From: an uncultured Bacteroidota bacterium
GTDB lineage: Bacteria > Bacteroidota > Bacteroidia > Chitinophagales > LD1
DNA: 64,000 nucleotides
Direction: 5' to 3'
Assembly: GCA_903919075.1 (NCBI GenBank)
Contig: CAIXGR010000082.1
Coordinates: 2,778 to 66,777 of the forward strand
Below are positions 18,310-28,376 of this stretch, in pieces (the stretch's first letter is position 1; every line of letters begins with the position of its first letter). The position numbers were made by a program, and so were the translations under genes. The notes below the pieces were generated by a model, which searched no databases, was not told the origin of the DNA, and saw only the letters and a list, made by a program, of their open reading frames with translations.

Positions 18310-19101
18310 ATGGAAACAGGAAAAAATTATTCGAATTGGACCATGGACGATATCGTTTTCGATAATCGTAATAAGGACTATGGTGCTTACCAGCTCAGAA
18401 AAATAACTAAAGAGAACGTAAAGAGGGGATTAGTAGTGGTATTGGTACTGGTTGTAGTTTTGGTAATAGCCAGCTTTATAAAATGGGATTTTTTTAAACG
18501 TGCGGATACAGAGGCGGTTCACGAAACCTCAGTTACACTTGCCGAACCTCCGCCATTAGACAAGCCACCACCACCACCTCCGCCACCACCTCCGCCACCT
18601 ACAAGGCCAACAGTTAAGTTTGTTGAAATGATTGTGAAGAAACAGGCGGAAGTGCATGAAGACGAACCACCACCGGAAGTACCTAAAGATGATAAAGCTG
18701 AAATTTCGAATAAAACACAGGAAGGCGATATAAATGCTAAAGCTGTAGTTGAAGAGCCAGTGGTTTCTGCTGCGGTTGAAGAGCCTAAAGTATTTCAGTT
18801 TGTGGAGCAAATGCCGGAGTACCCCGGTGGCGAGGATAAATTGAGAGAGTTTTTGGCAAAAAATATCAACTATCCGGCCATGGAGCATGATAATGATATA
18901 CAAGGCAGGGTAGTAATCAGGTTTGTGGTTACCGAAGATGGCTCCGTATCCGATGTTACAGTGATAAAAAGTGTAAGTTCGGGCATTGATAAAGAAGCCA
19001 TGCGAGTAGTAAAAATACTACCCAAATTTAAGCCCGGCAGGCAGCAGGGTAAAGCGGTAAAGGTTTATTATAACCTTCCGGTGCAATTCAAACTGCAATA
19101 A
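18310..19101 (+). CDS. tonB: Energy transducer TonB
   Basis: N-terminal anchor, a proline tract (PPPLDKPPPPPPPPPPPPTRP) and a TonB C-terminal domain (MPEYPGGEDKLREFLAKNINYP...GRVVIRFVV...PKFKPGRQQGKAVKV). Confidence 0.85.
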   Translation: METGKNYSNWTMDDIVFDNRNKDYGAYQLRKITKENVKRGLVVVLVLVVVLVIASFIKWDFFKRADTEAVHETSVTLAEPPPLDKPPPPPPPPPPPPTRPTVKFVEMIVKKQAEVHEDEPPPEVPKDDKAEISNKTQEGDINAKAVVEEPVVSAAVEEPKVFQFVEQMPEYPGGEDKLREFLAKNINYPAMEHDNDIQGRVVIRFVVTEDGSVSDVTVIKSVSSGIDKEAMRVVKILPKFKPGRQQGKAVKVYYNLPVQFKLQ

Positions 19102-19175
19102 AAATTTATTGAAAAAACTTTAGCAAAAATCATAATCGTTCCCAGAATGATTATGATTTTTGCGCTTTAGTAAAG

Positions 19176-19409
19176 ATGGATAAGTACAATAAGTTTATCA
19201 AAGAAATATATTCAAGCCCGGCGCTGTTATGGAAATTAATTGCTGCGCTCTTATTTCTATCTCTGGCCTTCATTATTTTTTTCTCCCCTAATCTTATTTA
19301 CGGCCTTACCGATGCTTCTCGGCGCTGGTTTTCGGTTTTACTTTTGCTCTACGGTTGCTTTCGGTTTTATACTTTTTATTCAGCCTATAAACGTAGGGAT
19401 GATGAGTAA
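19176..19409 (+). CDS. Small two-TM membrane protein (hypothetical)
   Basis: 77 aa with two hydrophobic helices and an ATG start. It sits inside the TonB cluster. Confidence 0.45.
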   Translation: MDKYNKFIKEIYSSPALLWKLIAALLFLSLAFIIFFSPNLIYGLTDASRRWFSVLLLLYGCFRFYTFYSAYKRRDDE

Positions 19410-19470
19410 AGAACAAACCGAAAGACTTAAGTTTTCTAGGGGAGGGGTTCTCCCTTTAGGGAGCCAGAAG

Positions 19471-20466
19471 GTGCAGGGGCTCGGCAAAACTAAAACCTTC
19501 CTCAAACCTCTAAACAATACAGCCATTCTTTTTGCTACGTTAATTTTCCTTCTCTTAATTCAATCTTGTAAGGATAAAACCCCAACAGACAGCCAGGAAG
19601 CCACCAGAGACAATGGGTATAAGGGAACGCTAAGTGTTGTTGTCGATGACGGCTTAGAGCCTGTAATGCAACAGCAAAAGCAGGTTTTCGAATATCAGAA
19701 CGATAGTGTGCAGTTGAACATAGCCTACAAAGGTGAAGCCGAGATGCTAAGCGATTTTAAAACTAAAAAGGCCACCGTTCTTGTGCTTGCCCGCGAATTG
19801 GATGAAAAGGAAAAGGAAAACCTTAAAAGCGCCGACACCATTTATGTGCGCGAAGTAAAAATAGCCTATGATGCTGTTGCAATGATTGGCAACTTACAAT
19901 TCGATGATAATAAATTAGATATTACCACGTTGAAAAAGTACTTCGACCCTAACAACGCATCAGCCGAAGGCCCACGAATGGTTTTTAATAATCAAAATTC
20001 AAGTATAGTAAAACATGTATTGAATTATTTAGGATATAAGTACAAGGTTTCACCCAATGTATACGCCCTTAAATCAACCGAGGAAGTGTTGGATTATGTT
20101 GAGAAAAATAAGAACGCCATAGGCTTTGTCCCCTTCAATTTTTTAAGCGAAACCGATGATGAAAGGGTGAAACAAATATACAAGCGGATAAAAGTTTTAA
20201 GTTTGCGCGTTAAAAACGAAAAAGGGCAGGAAATACAGGTAAGCGCCAACCAGTCTGATATTGCAACAGGGGATTATCCATTAAAACGCACCATCAATGC
20301 GGTAATAAATTTTACCTATAGCGATAACTTGGAGTGGCTGTTTGTAAATTTCTTGTTTCGCGAAAAGGGAGCGAAAATATTTTTAAGAGATGGTTTAATA
20401 CCCGCAAAAAGAACCGAACGTGAAATAAATGTTAATACTGAAGGTTTAAATGCTGTAAATCAATAA
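19471..20466 (+). CDS. PstS-like periplasmic-binding-fold lipoprotein of the TonB cluster
   Basis: From GTG 19471 the N-terminus is a good lipoprotein signal (M-QGLGKTKTFLKPLNNTAILFATLIFLLLIQSC). The body resembles PBP_like_2 (GTLSVVVDD...IAYDAVAMI...AIGFVPFNF). The track start at 19240 overlaps the small ORF in another frame. ATG 19399 is an alternative start. Confidence 0.65.
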   Translation: MQGLGKTKTFLKPLNNTAILFATLIFLLLIQSCKDKTPTDSQEATRDNGYKGTLSVVVDDGLEPVMQQQKQVFEYQNDSVQLNIAYKGEAEMLSDFKTKKATVLVLARELDEKEKENLKSADTIYVREVKIAYDAVAMIGNLQFDDNKLDITTLKKYFDPNNASAEGPRMVFNNQNSSIVKHVLNYLGYKYKVSPNVYALKSTEEVLDYVEKNKNAIGFVPFNFLSETDDERVKQIYKRIKVLSLRVKNEKGQEIQVSANQSDIATGDYPLKRTINAVINFTYSDNLEWLFVNFLFREKGAKIFLRDGLIPAKRTEREINVNTEGLNAVNQ

Positions 20467-20512
20467 AAGGCACGATTTTGAATTATAAATATTTAATAAA
20501 CTATATACAAAA

Positions 20513-22102
20513 ATGAAAAAGGGATTTTTTATTGCGGTTTCAATTTTTTTAACCGGGGTTACTTATGCTCAAACGCTGCAGGATGCGCAAAAAGAAATTG
20601 ACAATGAGAATTATTACAAAGCCCGGGTAATATTGCTAAAGCTTTTAAGCGACCCCGCAGTTGATAAAACTGAAACAGCGTATTACTTAGGCAATGCTTT
20701 TTTAAGAAGCGATGATGCCGACTCGGCTAAAATATTTTATAAAATGGCCGTTAACCCCGACCCTAAAAATGGCGTGCCTATAAGTTATTTGGCATCGGGC
20801 CGTTTGGCTTTGTTGTCGAAAGATACAACACAGGCATCTAAAAACTTTACAAGGGCACTGCAACTAACAAAATCAAAAAATGCTAATATCTATTATGAAA
20901 TAGGTGATGCATATTTCCGTCCTAACATTATTAATCTTAGCGCCGCAATTTCTAATCTTGATGAGGCACACCGGATGGATAGCAAAAACACGACTATTAC
21001 GTTGGAGTTGGGTGATGCACATTTAGCAAACTCAGCAAACGATAATTCTGAAGGTGGTAAAGCCATGAATTTGTATGAGAATGCAACCGAACAAAACGAT
21101 AAGCTGGCGTTGGGATGGATAAAAATTGGCCGGTTAGATATGGGCGGCCGTATTTACGACCAGGCTATCGAAGCCTTTAATAAAGCCCTTGCAATTGACC
21201 AGCGTTACCCGGTAGTACATAAGGAACTGGGCCAGGCTTACTACTGGACCCGCCAGTACGATAAAATGATTCAGGAATTTCAAACCTACATTAATTTAAG
21301 CCCCGGCGATAGCAAAGCACGCATCAGCCTGCTCGAAATGTTATTCAGCAATAAAGACTATGATAAATGTGCTGATGAAGCCGCAAAAGGATTGAAGAAC
21401 GACCCTAACAACGTTGATTACCTCAGATTTTTAACGTACTGCGATTATGAATTGAAGAGATATAAAGATGGTTATGACGTAATGAAACAGTTGATGCAAA
21501 CACCTAATATTAAGTTAAAGCAGCGCGATTTAATTTATGCCGCACGTCTTGCCAACTCCCAGGGCGATACCACCCAAGCACTTTCTTTATACCCTCAGGC
21601 GCTTGCCGTTGATTCATCTAACTGCGATTTATTGGGCGAATACGCAAAAGCATTATACATAGCTAAACACTACGACGAAGCCACTAAGCAATATGCCGCC
21701 AAAAAAAGTAAATGCAGCGATCTTAGCTCCCTTGATATTTATTATTTAGGTAGGGCTTATTTGATTATGAGCGACTCAATAATGGCCGATACCACTTTCG
21801 GCGAGTTTATAAAAAGAAATCCAACCTCACCCGACGGATATTTCTGGAGAGCCAGAACAAACTTAAAAATTGGAAAGCTGGAAGATTTCCTTTCGTACCC
21901 ATACTATCAAAAATATATCGAAGTGGCATCTGCCGACCCGGTAAAGTATAAGAGCAACTTAGTTGAGTCTTACGATTACTTAGGTACTTACTATTTGGAA
22001 AAGGAAAAGGATAAAACTAAAGCAAAGGAAAGCTTTCAAAAAGCATTAGAGCTTGATGCTAACGATGAAATTGCTACAGAATCTTTAAAGCAATTAAAAT
22101 AG
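20513..22102 (+). CDS. TPR-repeat protein, secreted, last gene of the TonB cluster
   Basis: Signal peptide MKKGFFIAVSIFLTGVTYAQ. Multiple TPR-like A/Y/L heptad patterns run throughout. Confidence 0.75.
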   Translation: MKKGFFIAVSIFLTGVTYAQTLQDAQKEIDNENYYKARVILLKLLSDPAVDKTETAYYLGNAFLRSDDADSAKIFYKMAVNPDPKNGVPISYLASGRLALLSKDTTQASKNFTRALQLTKSKNANIYYEIGDAYFRPNIINLSAAISNLDEAHRMDSKNTTITLELGDAHLANSANDNSEGGKAMNLYENATEQNDKLALGWIKIGRLDMGGRIYDQAIEAFNKALAIDQRYPVVHKELGQAYYWTRQYDKMIQEFQTYINLSPGDSKARISLLEMLFSNKDYDKCADEAAKGLKNDPNNVDYLRFLTYCDYELKRYKDGYDVMKQLMQTPNIKLKQRDLIYAARLANSQGDTTQALSLYPQALAVDSSNCDLLGEYAKALYIAKHYDEATKQYAAKKSKCSDLSSLDIYYLGRAYLIMSDSIMADTTFGEFIKRNPTSPDGYFWRARTNLKIGKLEDFLSYPYYQKYIEVASADPVKYKSNLVESYDYLGTYYLEKEKDKTKAKESFQKALELDANDEIATESLKQLK

Positions 22103-22110
22103 AAAATATA

Positions 22111-22138
22111 AAAGCCCCTTCAGCAAGGGGCTTTTTTT
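22111..22138. terminator. Bidirectional rho-independent terminator
   Basis: AAAGCCCCTT-cagc-AAGGGGCTTTTTTT. It overlaps the stop of the convergent gene 22137..22577. Confidence 0.8.
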
Positions 22139-22577
22139 ATTCTTTAATGGCAATACTTTCAAATGTATATTTTATGCATTTATCTAAATCCGAATTATAA
22201 ACCTCCGGCAAGGCACAGATATTGCGGTAGTATTTATAAAGCCCCAGTGCATTCGAATAGGCCTCAACCCACTCCTTAGCCGCCTCAACCGGCAACTTAT
22301 AAAAGCATATTAACGACTTTACCTCATCTACATTAAGTAATCGCCTTTCTATTTTAAAATTAAATTTTCCTCTGTGATGCAGCGTAATATATACAAAACG
22401 GAAAATGATATAATCTTCGTGATTGTCTAAGCAAAAAATCCGCTTCATTGAGTACGGATCATAACCTTTAGTCTTCATTCTTTTAAAATGCTCCGGGTAA
22501 AGTTTTTCAGTTCTATCCGAAAAACCTGATTTAAGAAGTACGTCAACCAGCGCTTGCGAAGCCTTAAACATTGTCAT
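22137..22577 (-). CDS. Hypothetical protein
   Basis: 146-aa open frame with an ATG start. No signal peptide and no recognisable motif. Confidence 0.5.
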   Translation of the reverse strand: MTMFKASQALVDVLLKSGFSDRTEKLYPEHFKRMKTKGYDPYSMKRIFCLDNHEDYIIFRFVYITLHHRGKFNFKIERRLLNVDEVKSLICFYKLPVEAAKEWVEAYSNALGLYKYYRNICALPEVYNSDLDKCIKYTFESIAIKE

Positions 22578-22754
22578 GGTATTAACCGCTTACGTTACCG
22601 TAGTAAAAATGATTCCGCTTACCGCATGGCTTTGTCACTTACAATTATACCTGTAGGCTACCCATGTTACTACATATAAATTTTGTGACATAATAATGAC
22701 AATCCATTTGTATGGAAAGCCCGGCTTACTGCATTATACATTAAAACTATTATT

Positions 22755-23579
22755 ATGAAAACAAACTATTCAAACACCAGTATGCTCGACATGCTGTTCG
22801 AGAACCGCAACCAGGCATACGGTGCTTATGTGTTGCGCCGAGATGCTAACCAGGCAATAGGTCGTGCAATGCTCGTAACTTTCAGTTCGGTATTCTTATT
22901 GCTATCCGGTAATTTTTTAACTGAAAAATTAAAGGCGAAAACTGTTGCTCACATCCAGCCTCATGTGATTATTGAAACAAAAAATATTTGCACACTCCCC
23001 ACGCCGCCTCCAAAACCCGAGCAAAAAATTGCCGAACAGAAAATTAAAGCCAAGGCAATTCCTACTGTCGCTAACGTCGAGAAAAGAATAGTTGCCGAAA
23101 ACAAAGCTCCTGTTGATTCAATACCTTCAACTGAAGATTTGAGTAAATACGAATCGGGGCAAACCACTAATCTTACAGCCGAAACGGGTAAAGGTGCTAC
23201 AGACGGCACCGGTAGCGATAAAACATTTGAAGTTGCAAAAGCCAAAGAAACTGTTGCGACTAATGAAATTCATGATTGGTCTGAAGATATGCCTGAGTTC
23301 CCCGGAGGTGAAAAAAAACTGCAGGAATTTTTAGCTATCAATACAGTTTTCCCAGCTATGGAGCGCGAATTGGGTATGCAAGGCAAAGCGTTTATTAGGT
23401 TTGTGGTAAATGAAGATGGCTCGGTGAGCGATGCACAGGTAGTAAAAGCTGATAGCAAAAATTTTAGCCGGGCTGCTTTAAATGTAATAGCCATGTTGCC
23501 GAAATTTAAACCGGGAAGACAGGGAGGCAAGCCGGTAAAGGTGCGCTATACTTTGCCCTTTATGTTTAGGCTTAATTAG
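22755..23579 (+). CDS. TonB-family energy transducer (paralog)
   Basis: N-terminus is parallel to the first TonB (NRNQAYGAYVLRR). The C-terminal domain MPEFPGGEKKLQEFLAINTVFP...FIRFVVNEDGSVSD...PKFKPGRQGGKPVKV is closely similar to 18310..19101. Confidence 0.8.
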   Translation: MKTNYSNTSMLDMLFENRNQAYGAYVLRRDANQAIGRAMLVTFSSVFLLLSGNFLTEKLKAKTVAHIQPHVIIETKNICTLPTPPPKPEQKIAEQKIKAKAIPTVANVEKRIVAENKAPVDSIPSTEDLSKYESGQTTNLTAETGKGATDGTGSDKTFEVAKAKETVATNEIHDWSEDMPEFPGGEKKLQEFLAINTVFPAMERELGMQGKAFIRFVVNEDGSVSDAQVVKADSKNFSRAALNVIAMLPKFKPGRQGGKPVKVRYTLPFMFRLN

Positions 23580-24753
23580 GCCGTACTTCCTTTGCTTTTA
23601 AATTCAAAAGCGACAGGATAATAAAAGAAATAAATACACCGCCAGCGCTTACAATAAAAACAGCATCGGGTGAAACGAATTTCCAAATTAAACCAGCTAG
23701 CGAACTTGCAGCAAGGGCCATAATTGAATTTAAACCGGTAAAGGTGCCGATGGCAGATGCGGTTTCACTTTTGGGAACCAAGTTGCTGATAAGCGCTTTT
23801 GAAACGCCATCGGTACTGGCGGCATAAATTCCATACACTACAAAAAGTGTAATAAAGCCAACCAGGGTGGTGTTAAAGCCAAAGCCAGCGTAAACTATAG
23901 CAAACAGCAACAAGCCAAAGGCAAGTGTTTTTTGCAGACCCAGTTTATCGGCCAATATTCCTATGGGGAATGAGGCCAATGCAAAAACAATGTTGTATAA
24001 AATATAACAGCCAATTACCGACTGGTCGTTTAACCCGGTGGCTTTTATTTTCATCAACAAAAAATAATCTGAACTATTGAAGAGGGCGAATAGCAACAAT
24101 GCAAGTGACAGCTTTTTATAAACCACTGGCGATGATTTAAAATAATCGAAAGTTTGCGAAAGGCGGAATGAGGTTTTTGTTTTCGGTTCGGCTTTTTTCT
24201 CTTTAATAAATACGGTAAGCAGTACACTTAGTATGGCAGGCACAAAAGCCAGTAAAAACATAATTTTATATTGCCCGGGCCTAAACATTACAAATACAAG
24301 CGCAATCGAGGGGCCGATTGCTGCACCCAGTGTATCCATACCCCGGTGAAAGCCGAAAACTTTTCCTTTATTCTCCGAACTAGTTTCGTCAGATAGAATT
24401 GCATCGCGGGCACCGGTGCGTATACCTTTCCCTAAACGGTCGGCGGTACGGGCACTGAAAATCCATATGGGGTAGGTGAGGAGCGCCATCATGGGTTTTG
24501 ATACCGAACTTAATAAATAACCAAATTGTACAAATGGCAATCTTTTGCCATACGAATCGCTCAGCCTTCCAAAATATCCTTTACTTAAACCTGCTGTGGC
24601 TTCTGCAAGGCCTTCTAATAAACCAATTAGTACCGATGAGAACCCAATGCTTTGTAAAAACAAAGGCATGATTGGATATAGCATCTCACTCGATATATCA
24701 TTAAATAAACTTACCAGCGATAATATCCAAATGGTTCGGGTTAGGTATTTCAC
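23572..24753 (-). CDS. MFS transporter
   Basis: About 12 TM segments and the motif DRLGKGIRTGARDA (MFS loop 2-3). GTG start at 24753. Confidence 0.8.
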   Translation of the reverse strand: MKYLTRTIWILSLVSLFNDISSEMLYPIMPLFLQSIGFSSVLIGLLEGLAEATAGLSKGYFGRLSDSYGKRLPFVQFGYLLSSVSKPMMALLTYPIWIFSARTADRLGKGIRTGARDAILSDETSSENKGKVFGFHRGMDTLGAAIGPSIALVFVMFRPGQYKIMFLLAFVPAILSVLLTVFIKEKKAEPKTKTSFRLSQTFDYFKSSPVVYKKLSLALLLFALFNSSDYFLLMKIKATGLNDQSVIGCYILYNIVFALASFPIGILADKLGLQKTLAFGLLLFAIVYAGFGFNTTLVGFITLFVVYGIYAASTDGVSKALISNLVPKSETASAIGTFTGLNSIMALAASSLAGLIWKFVSPDAVFIVSAGGVFISFIILSLLNLKAKEVRPN

Positions 24754-24839
24754 ACTGCTAGTTTAGTGGTTTTAATAATGGAATCATAATTCAAAATTCT
24801 CTATAAGCGTAATCCTTTGCTTTTATTTATTTTTGCCTC

Positions 24840-25256
24840 ATGAAACTCACCGACCGCAAATTTGAACCCGAATTTAAATTTAAAACCAGCCGCAGTAGCG
24901 GCGCGGGCGGGCAGCATGTTAATACCACCGAAACCAAAGTGGAGTTGATATTTAATATTGCTGATTCAAATTTGCTGAATGAAAAGGAAAAAGAAAAGGT
25001 ACGGCAAAAACTAAGCACCTATATTAACGATAAAGGCGAGTTGCGCATTAATAGCAGCGAAAGCCGCTCGCAAAGCTCGAACAAAGAAAATGTAATTAAA
25101 AAGTTTTATGCCCTGCTTCAAAAAGCGTTGAAAAAAGAGAAGAAAAGAATTGCCACTAAAATACCGGTGGTAGTAAAAGAGAATATCCGTAAAAAGAAAA
25201 AACTACACTCTCAAAAAAAATCTGAGCGCAGAATTAACCCCAAAGACTTTTTATAA
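24840..25256 (+). CDS. arfB: Alternative ribosome-rescue factor ArfB (peptidyl-tRNA hydrolase, GGQ)
   Basis: [23 protein letters not shown] motif with a basic C-terminal tail, 138 aa. Confidence 0.85.
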   Translation: MKLTDRKFEPEFKFKTSRSSGAGGQHVNTTETKVELIFNIADSNLLNEKEKEKVRQKLSTYINDKGELRINSSESRSQSSNKENVIKKFYALLQKALKKEKKRIATKIPVVVKENIRKKKKLHSQKKSERRINPKDFL

Positions 25257-25269
25257 TAATCAGTATTGA

Positions 25270-26853
25270 TTAAAACGGCACATCATTCTCATTAAAATCT
25301 TCAGGCTTGTGGCGTTTTTCAAAAGGAACTTCCTTGCTGTCATCGCCACCCTCTTCATTCATTCTTGAAGGCAGGCGTTTAAATTTGCGTTTTTCGCTTC
25401 CTTCCTGTATTTCCATATAATGGTCTGATGCGCCCATTTCATCCAGATTTTCGAACTTGGCGAATTTATTAATAAAGCGTGTGCGCACCGTTTTCACCGG
25501 TCCGTTACGGTGCTTGGCAATAATTACTTCAGCAATATCTTTAGTAGGGTTACCTTCTGCATCTTGCTCCAAGCCGTAGTATTCTCCCCGGTAAAGGAAT
25601 ATAACAATGTCTGCATCTTGCTCTATCGCACCAGATTCACGCAAATCCGAAAGAATAGGTTTTTTATCGCCACCGCGCGTTTCAACCGCACGCGAAAGCT
25701 GCGAAAGTGCAATTACAGGAATTTCCAACTCCTTTGCCAAGCCCTTTAACGAACGCGAAATCTGGCTTATTTCCTGTTCGCGGTTTCCACTGCCTTTACC
25801 ATCTACACTACCGCTCATCAATTGCAGGTAGTCAATAATTATCATTTGTATATCATGCTGCTGTTTCAGCCTGCGGCATTTCGAGCGTAGTTCAAAAACG
25901 TTGATAGCCGGGGTATCGTCAATAAACAACGGCGCGTTTTTCAGGTTATCAATTTTCGAAGTCAATATCTGGTATTCGTACTGCTCTAAATTACCCCTGC
26001 GTATTTTGTCTGACGGGATATGCGTTTCCATCGAAATCATACGCTGCACTAACTGTGCCGATGACATTTCTAATGAAAAAATGGCGATTGGTTTTTTATG
26101 GTCAATAGCTGCGTTACGGGCAAGCGCCAGAGTAAAAGCTGTTTTACCCATTGCAGGGCGAGCCGCTATAATAATAAGATCCGATTTTTGCCATCCCCCT
26201 GTAGCACGGTCAAGGTCAACAAACCCTGATGCTACACCATTCAAATGATCATCATCATTATTCATTCGAATGTCAATTTCCTTTAACTCGTGCAGCAATA
26301 GCGAGGCTATATCTTCCGAGTTCCTTTTCAGGTTATTTTCTGCAATGCTGAAAAGATTTTTTTCGGCTTTATCTAACAATTCAAAAACATCAGTCGAATC
26401 TTCGTAAGCTTCTTTAATAATTTCAGAAGAAGTTGAAATAAGCTGGCGCTGAATATATTTTTCAGCAATCAAACGCGCGTGATACTCCACATTGGCAGCT
26501 GAGCCTACTTTATTGGTAAGTTGGGCAATGTAAAATGGTCCCCCTGCGGCATCAAGCTCGCCGTTCTTTTTTAATTGCTCGGTAACGGTCAATAAGTCAA
26601 TAGGCGCCTGGTTTTGATACAGCAACTTTATAGCTCTCCATATCCTTTGGTGGGCATCAACATAAAACGACTCCTCCTTCAAAATATCAATCACTTCGTT
26701 GATTGCATTTTGCTCAATCATTACGGCACCCAACACTACATCCTCCAACTCCTTAACTTGCGGAGGAAGCTTGCCATAATCCATCACGTTCTGCTCAGGC
26801 GATGGTTTCCTGACAAAAGATGATCTTTTTGCTATATCTATTGGTTCTGCCAT
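25270..26853 (-). CDS. dnaB: Replicative DNA helicase DnaB
   Basis: Motifs PPQVKELEDVVLGAVM, AARPAMGKTAF (Walker A), IIDYLQLM and ALSQLSRAVE. Preferred start is ATG 26853 (MAEPIDIAK...). Confidence 0.9.
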   Translation of the reverse strand: MAEPIDIAKRSSFVRKPSPEQNVMDYGKLPPQVKELEDVVLGAVMIEQNAINEVIDILKEESFYVDAHQRIWRAIKLLYQNQAPIDLLTVTEQLKKNGELDAAGGPFYIAQLTNKVGSAANVEYHARLIAEKYIQRQLISTSSEIIKEAYEDSTDVFELLDKAEKNLFSIAENNLKRNSEDIASLLLHELKEIDIRMNNDDDHLNGVASGFVDLDRATGGWQKSDLIIIAARPAMGKTAFTLALARNAAIDHKKPIAIFSLEMSSAQLVQRMISMETHIPSDKIRRGNLEQYEYQILTSKIDNLKNAPLFIDDTPAINVFELRSKCRRLKQQHDIQMIIIDYLQLMSGSVDGKGSGNREQEISQISRSLKGLAKELEIPVIALSQLSRAVETRGGDKKPILSDLRESGAIEQDADIVIFLYRGEYYGLEQDAEGNPTKDIAEVIIAKHRNGPVKTVRTRFINKFAKFENLDEMGASDHYMEIQEGSEKRKFKRLPSRMNEEGGDDSKEVPFEKRHKPEDFNENDVPF

Positions 26854-27197
26854 AATATTTTTGATCGGTCGCCGGGTAACTCCCCGCGTAAAACGAAAGG
26901 ACTGCAAAAATTCAATTTTGAAGCTTCAAAACGAAACATTTCAGCACATTTTTTTCTTCACGTTCCACAAACAGTTTCACGGCAGTTTTCAACAATTTTT
27001 TCTGTTAAATGTCCAATTACTTTGAGGTAATTTTTGGTACATTAAAATTAAATAACTATTAGGGGGATTTTAAGAGTTACTTATAAACACGCGGTGGAAG
27101 TGTGCAAAAAAGGGGTAGAAAATTGGACGGCAGTAAATGCAATTTTAACTGTAGTAAAGTTGAAAAAGCCTGCTATCTATTTAATTGTAAAGTTAGA

Positions 27198-28376
27198 CTA
27201 TTTAAACGCATCCAACCCCGTAACATCCATTCCCGTAATCAGCAAATGAATATCGTGAGTGCCTTCGTAAGTAATTACCGTTTCTAAATTCATCAGGTGG
27301 CGCATAATAGGGTATTCGCCCGTTATGCCCATGCCGCCTAATATTTGGCGAGATTCGCGGGCAATGTTCAAGGCAATTTCGCAGCTGTTTCGTTTAGCCA
27401 TTGATATTTGCCCAGCTGTGGCCTTACCTTCATTTTTCAAAACACCCAAGCGCCAAACCAATAGTTGTGCCTTAGTTATTTCGGTAATCATTTCGGCCAG
27501 CTTTTTTTGTTGTAATTGAAACTGCCCAATAGGCTTTCCAAATTGCATTCTTTCTTTAGAATAGCGCAAAGCCGTATCATAACAATCCAACGCCGCACCA
27601 ATAGCGCCCCAGGCAATACCGTAGCGCGCAGATGAAAGGCAGCCCAATGGTCCTTTAATTCCCGATACATTAGGCAGCAGGTTTTCTTTAGGCACCTTTA
27701 CATTATCAAACACCAACTCGCCGGTAATCGAAACCCGTAAACTCCATTTGTTATGTGTGGTAGGGGTGGTAAAGCCATTCATTCCGCGCTCTACTATTAA
27801 CCCTTGAATTTTTCCGGCCTCGTTTTTAGCCCATACTACCGCTATATCTGCCAGCGGCGCATTGCTAATCCACATCTTGGCACCGTTTAAAAGATAATGG
27901 TCGCCCTTATCTACAAACTTAGTTTCCATACCAGCGGGGTTCGAACCGTGGTTGGGTTCGGTTAGGCCAAAGCAGCCAAATAATTCGCCCTTGGCAAGTT
28001 TGGGAAGATATTTTTTACGCTGCTCCTCGTTTCCATATTTATAGATAGGATACATAACCAAAGAGCCTTGAACCGAAGCCGTAGAGCGAATGCCCGAATC
28101 GCATCTTTCCAGTTCCTGCATAATAATTCCGTATGCAATTTCATCTAAGCCGCCACCACCATATTCGGTAGGGATAGAAGGGCCAAAAGCGCCTATTTCA
28201 GCCAATTCTTTTATAATATGTTTTGGGAACTCGGCCTTCTGTGCATACTCTTCAACAATAGGGCTTAGTTTTTGCTTAACAAACGTGCGCACGGTTTCGC
28301 GAATCAGTTTATGTTCGGCGGTAAGCAAATCATCTACTAAATAGTAATCGTGAAATTGGTAGTTATCCTGGCGCAT
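27198..28376 (-). CDS. gcdH: Acyl-CoA dehydrogenase, glutaryl-CoA dehydrogenase-like
   Basis: Motifs GCFGLTEPNHGSNPAGMETKF, WISNAP and YEGTHDIH. Preferred start is ATG 28376. Confidence 0.8.
   Translation of the reverse strand: MRQDNYQFHDYYLVDDLLTAEHKLIRETVRTFVKQKLSPIVEEYAQKAEFPKHIIKELAEIGAFGPSIPTEYGGGGLDEIAYGIIMQELERCDSGIRSTASVQGSLVMYPIYKYGNEEQRKKYLPKLAKGELFGCFGLTEPNHGSNPAGMETKFVDKGDHYLLNGAKMWISNAPLADIAVVWAKNEAGKIQGLIVERGMNGFTTPTTHNKWSLRVSITGELVFDNVKVPKENLLPNVSGIKGPLGCLSSARYGIAWGAIGAALDCYDTALRYSKERMQFGKPIGQFQLQQKKLAEMITEITKAQLLVWRLGVLKNEGKATAGQISMAKRNSCEIALNIARESRQILGGMGITGEYPIMRHLMNLETVITYEGTHDIHLLITGMDVTGLDAFK

Noticed and set aside
18553-18600. A CCA/CCT/CCG proline-codon repeat tract in tonB, considered as a possible variable repeat.
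   Set aside because: It is the normal proline-rich spacer of TonB. Codons are mixed rather than a perfect microsatellite.
19240-19470. The track's 408-aa version of the PstS-like gene, starting at 19240.
   Set aside because: The first ~77 codons overlap the better-supported small membrane ORF (19176..19409) in another frame and then cross the GGGAG/CTCCC hairpin element. A GTG at 19471 yields a textbook lipoprotein signal peptide.
26908-27197. Possible DnaA boxes or an origin in the 290-nt AT-rich region upstream of dnaB (GTTCCACAAAC, CACTTCCACCGC).
   Set aside because: They are only partial (about 7 of 9) matches to TTATCCACA, with no clustered array and no dnaA/dnaN context. This is not enough to call an origin.
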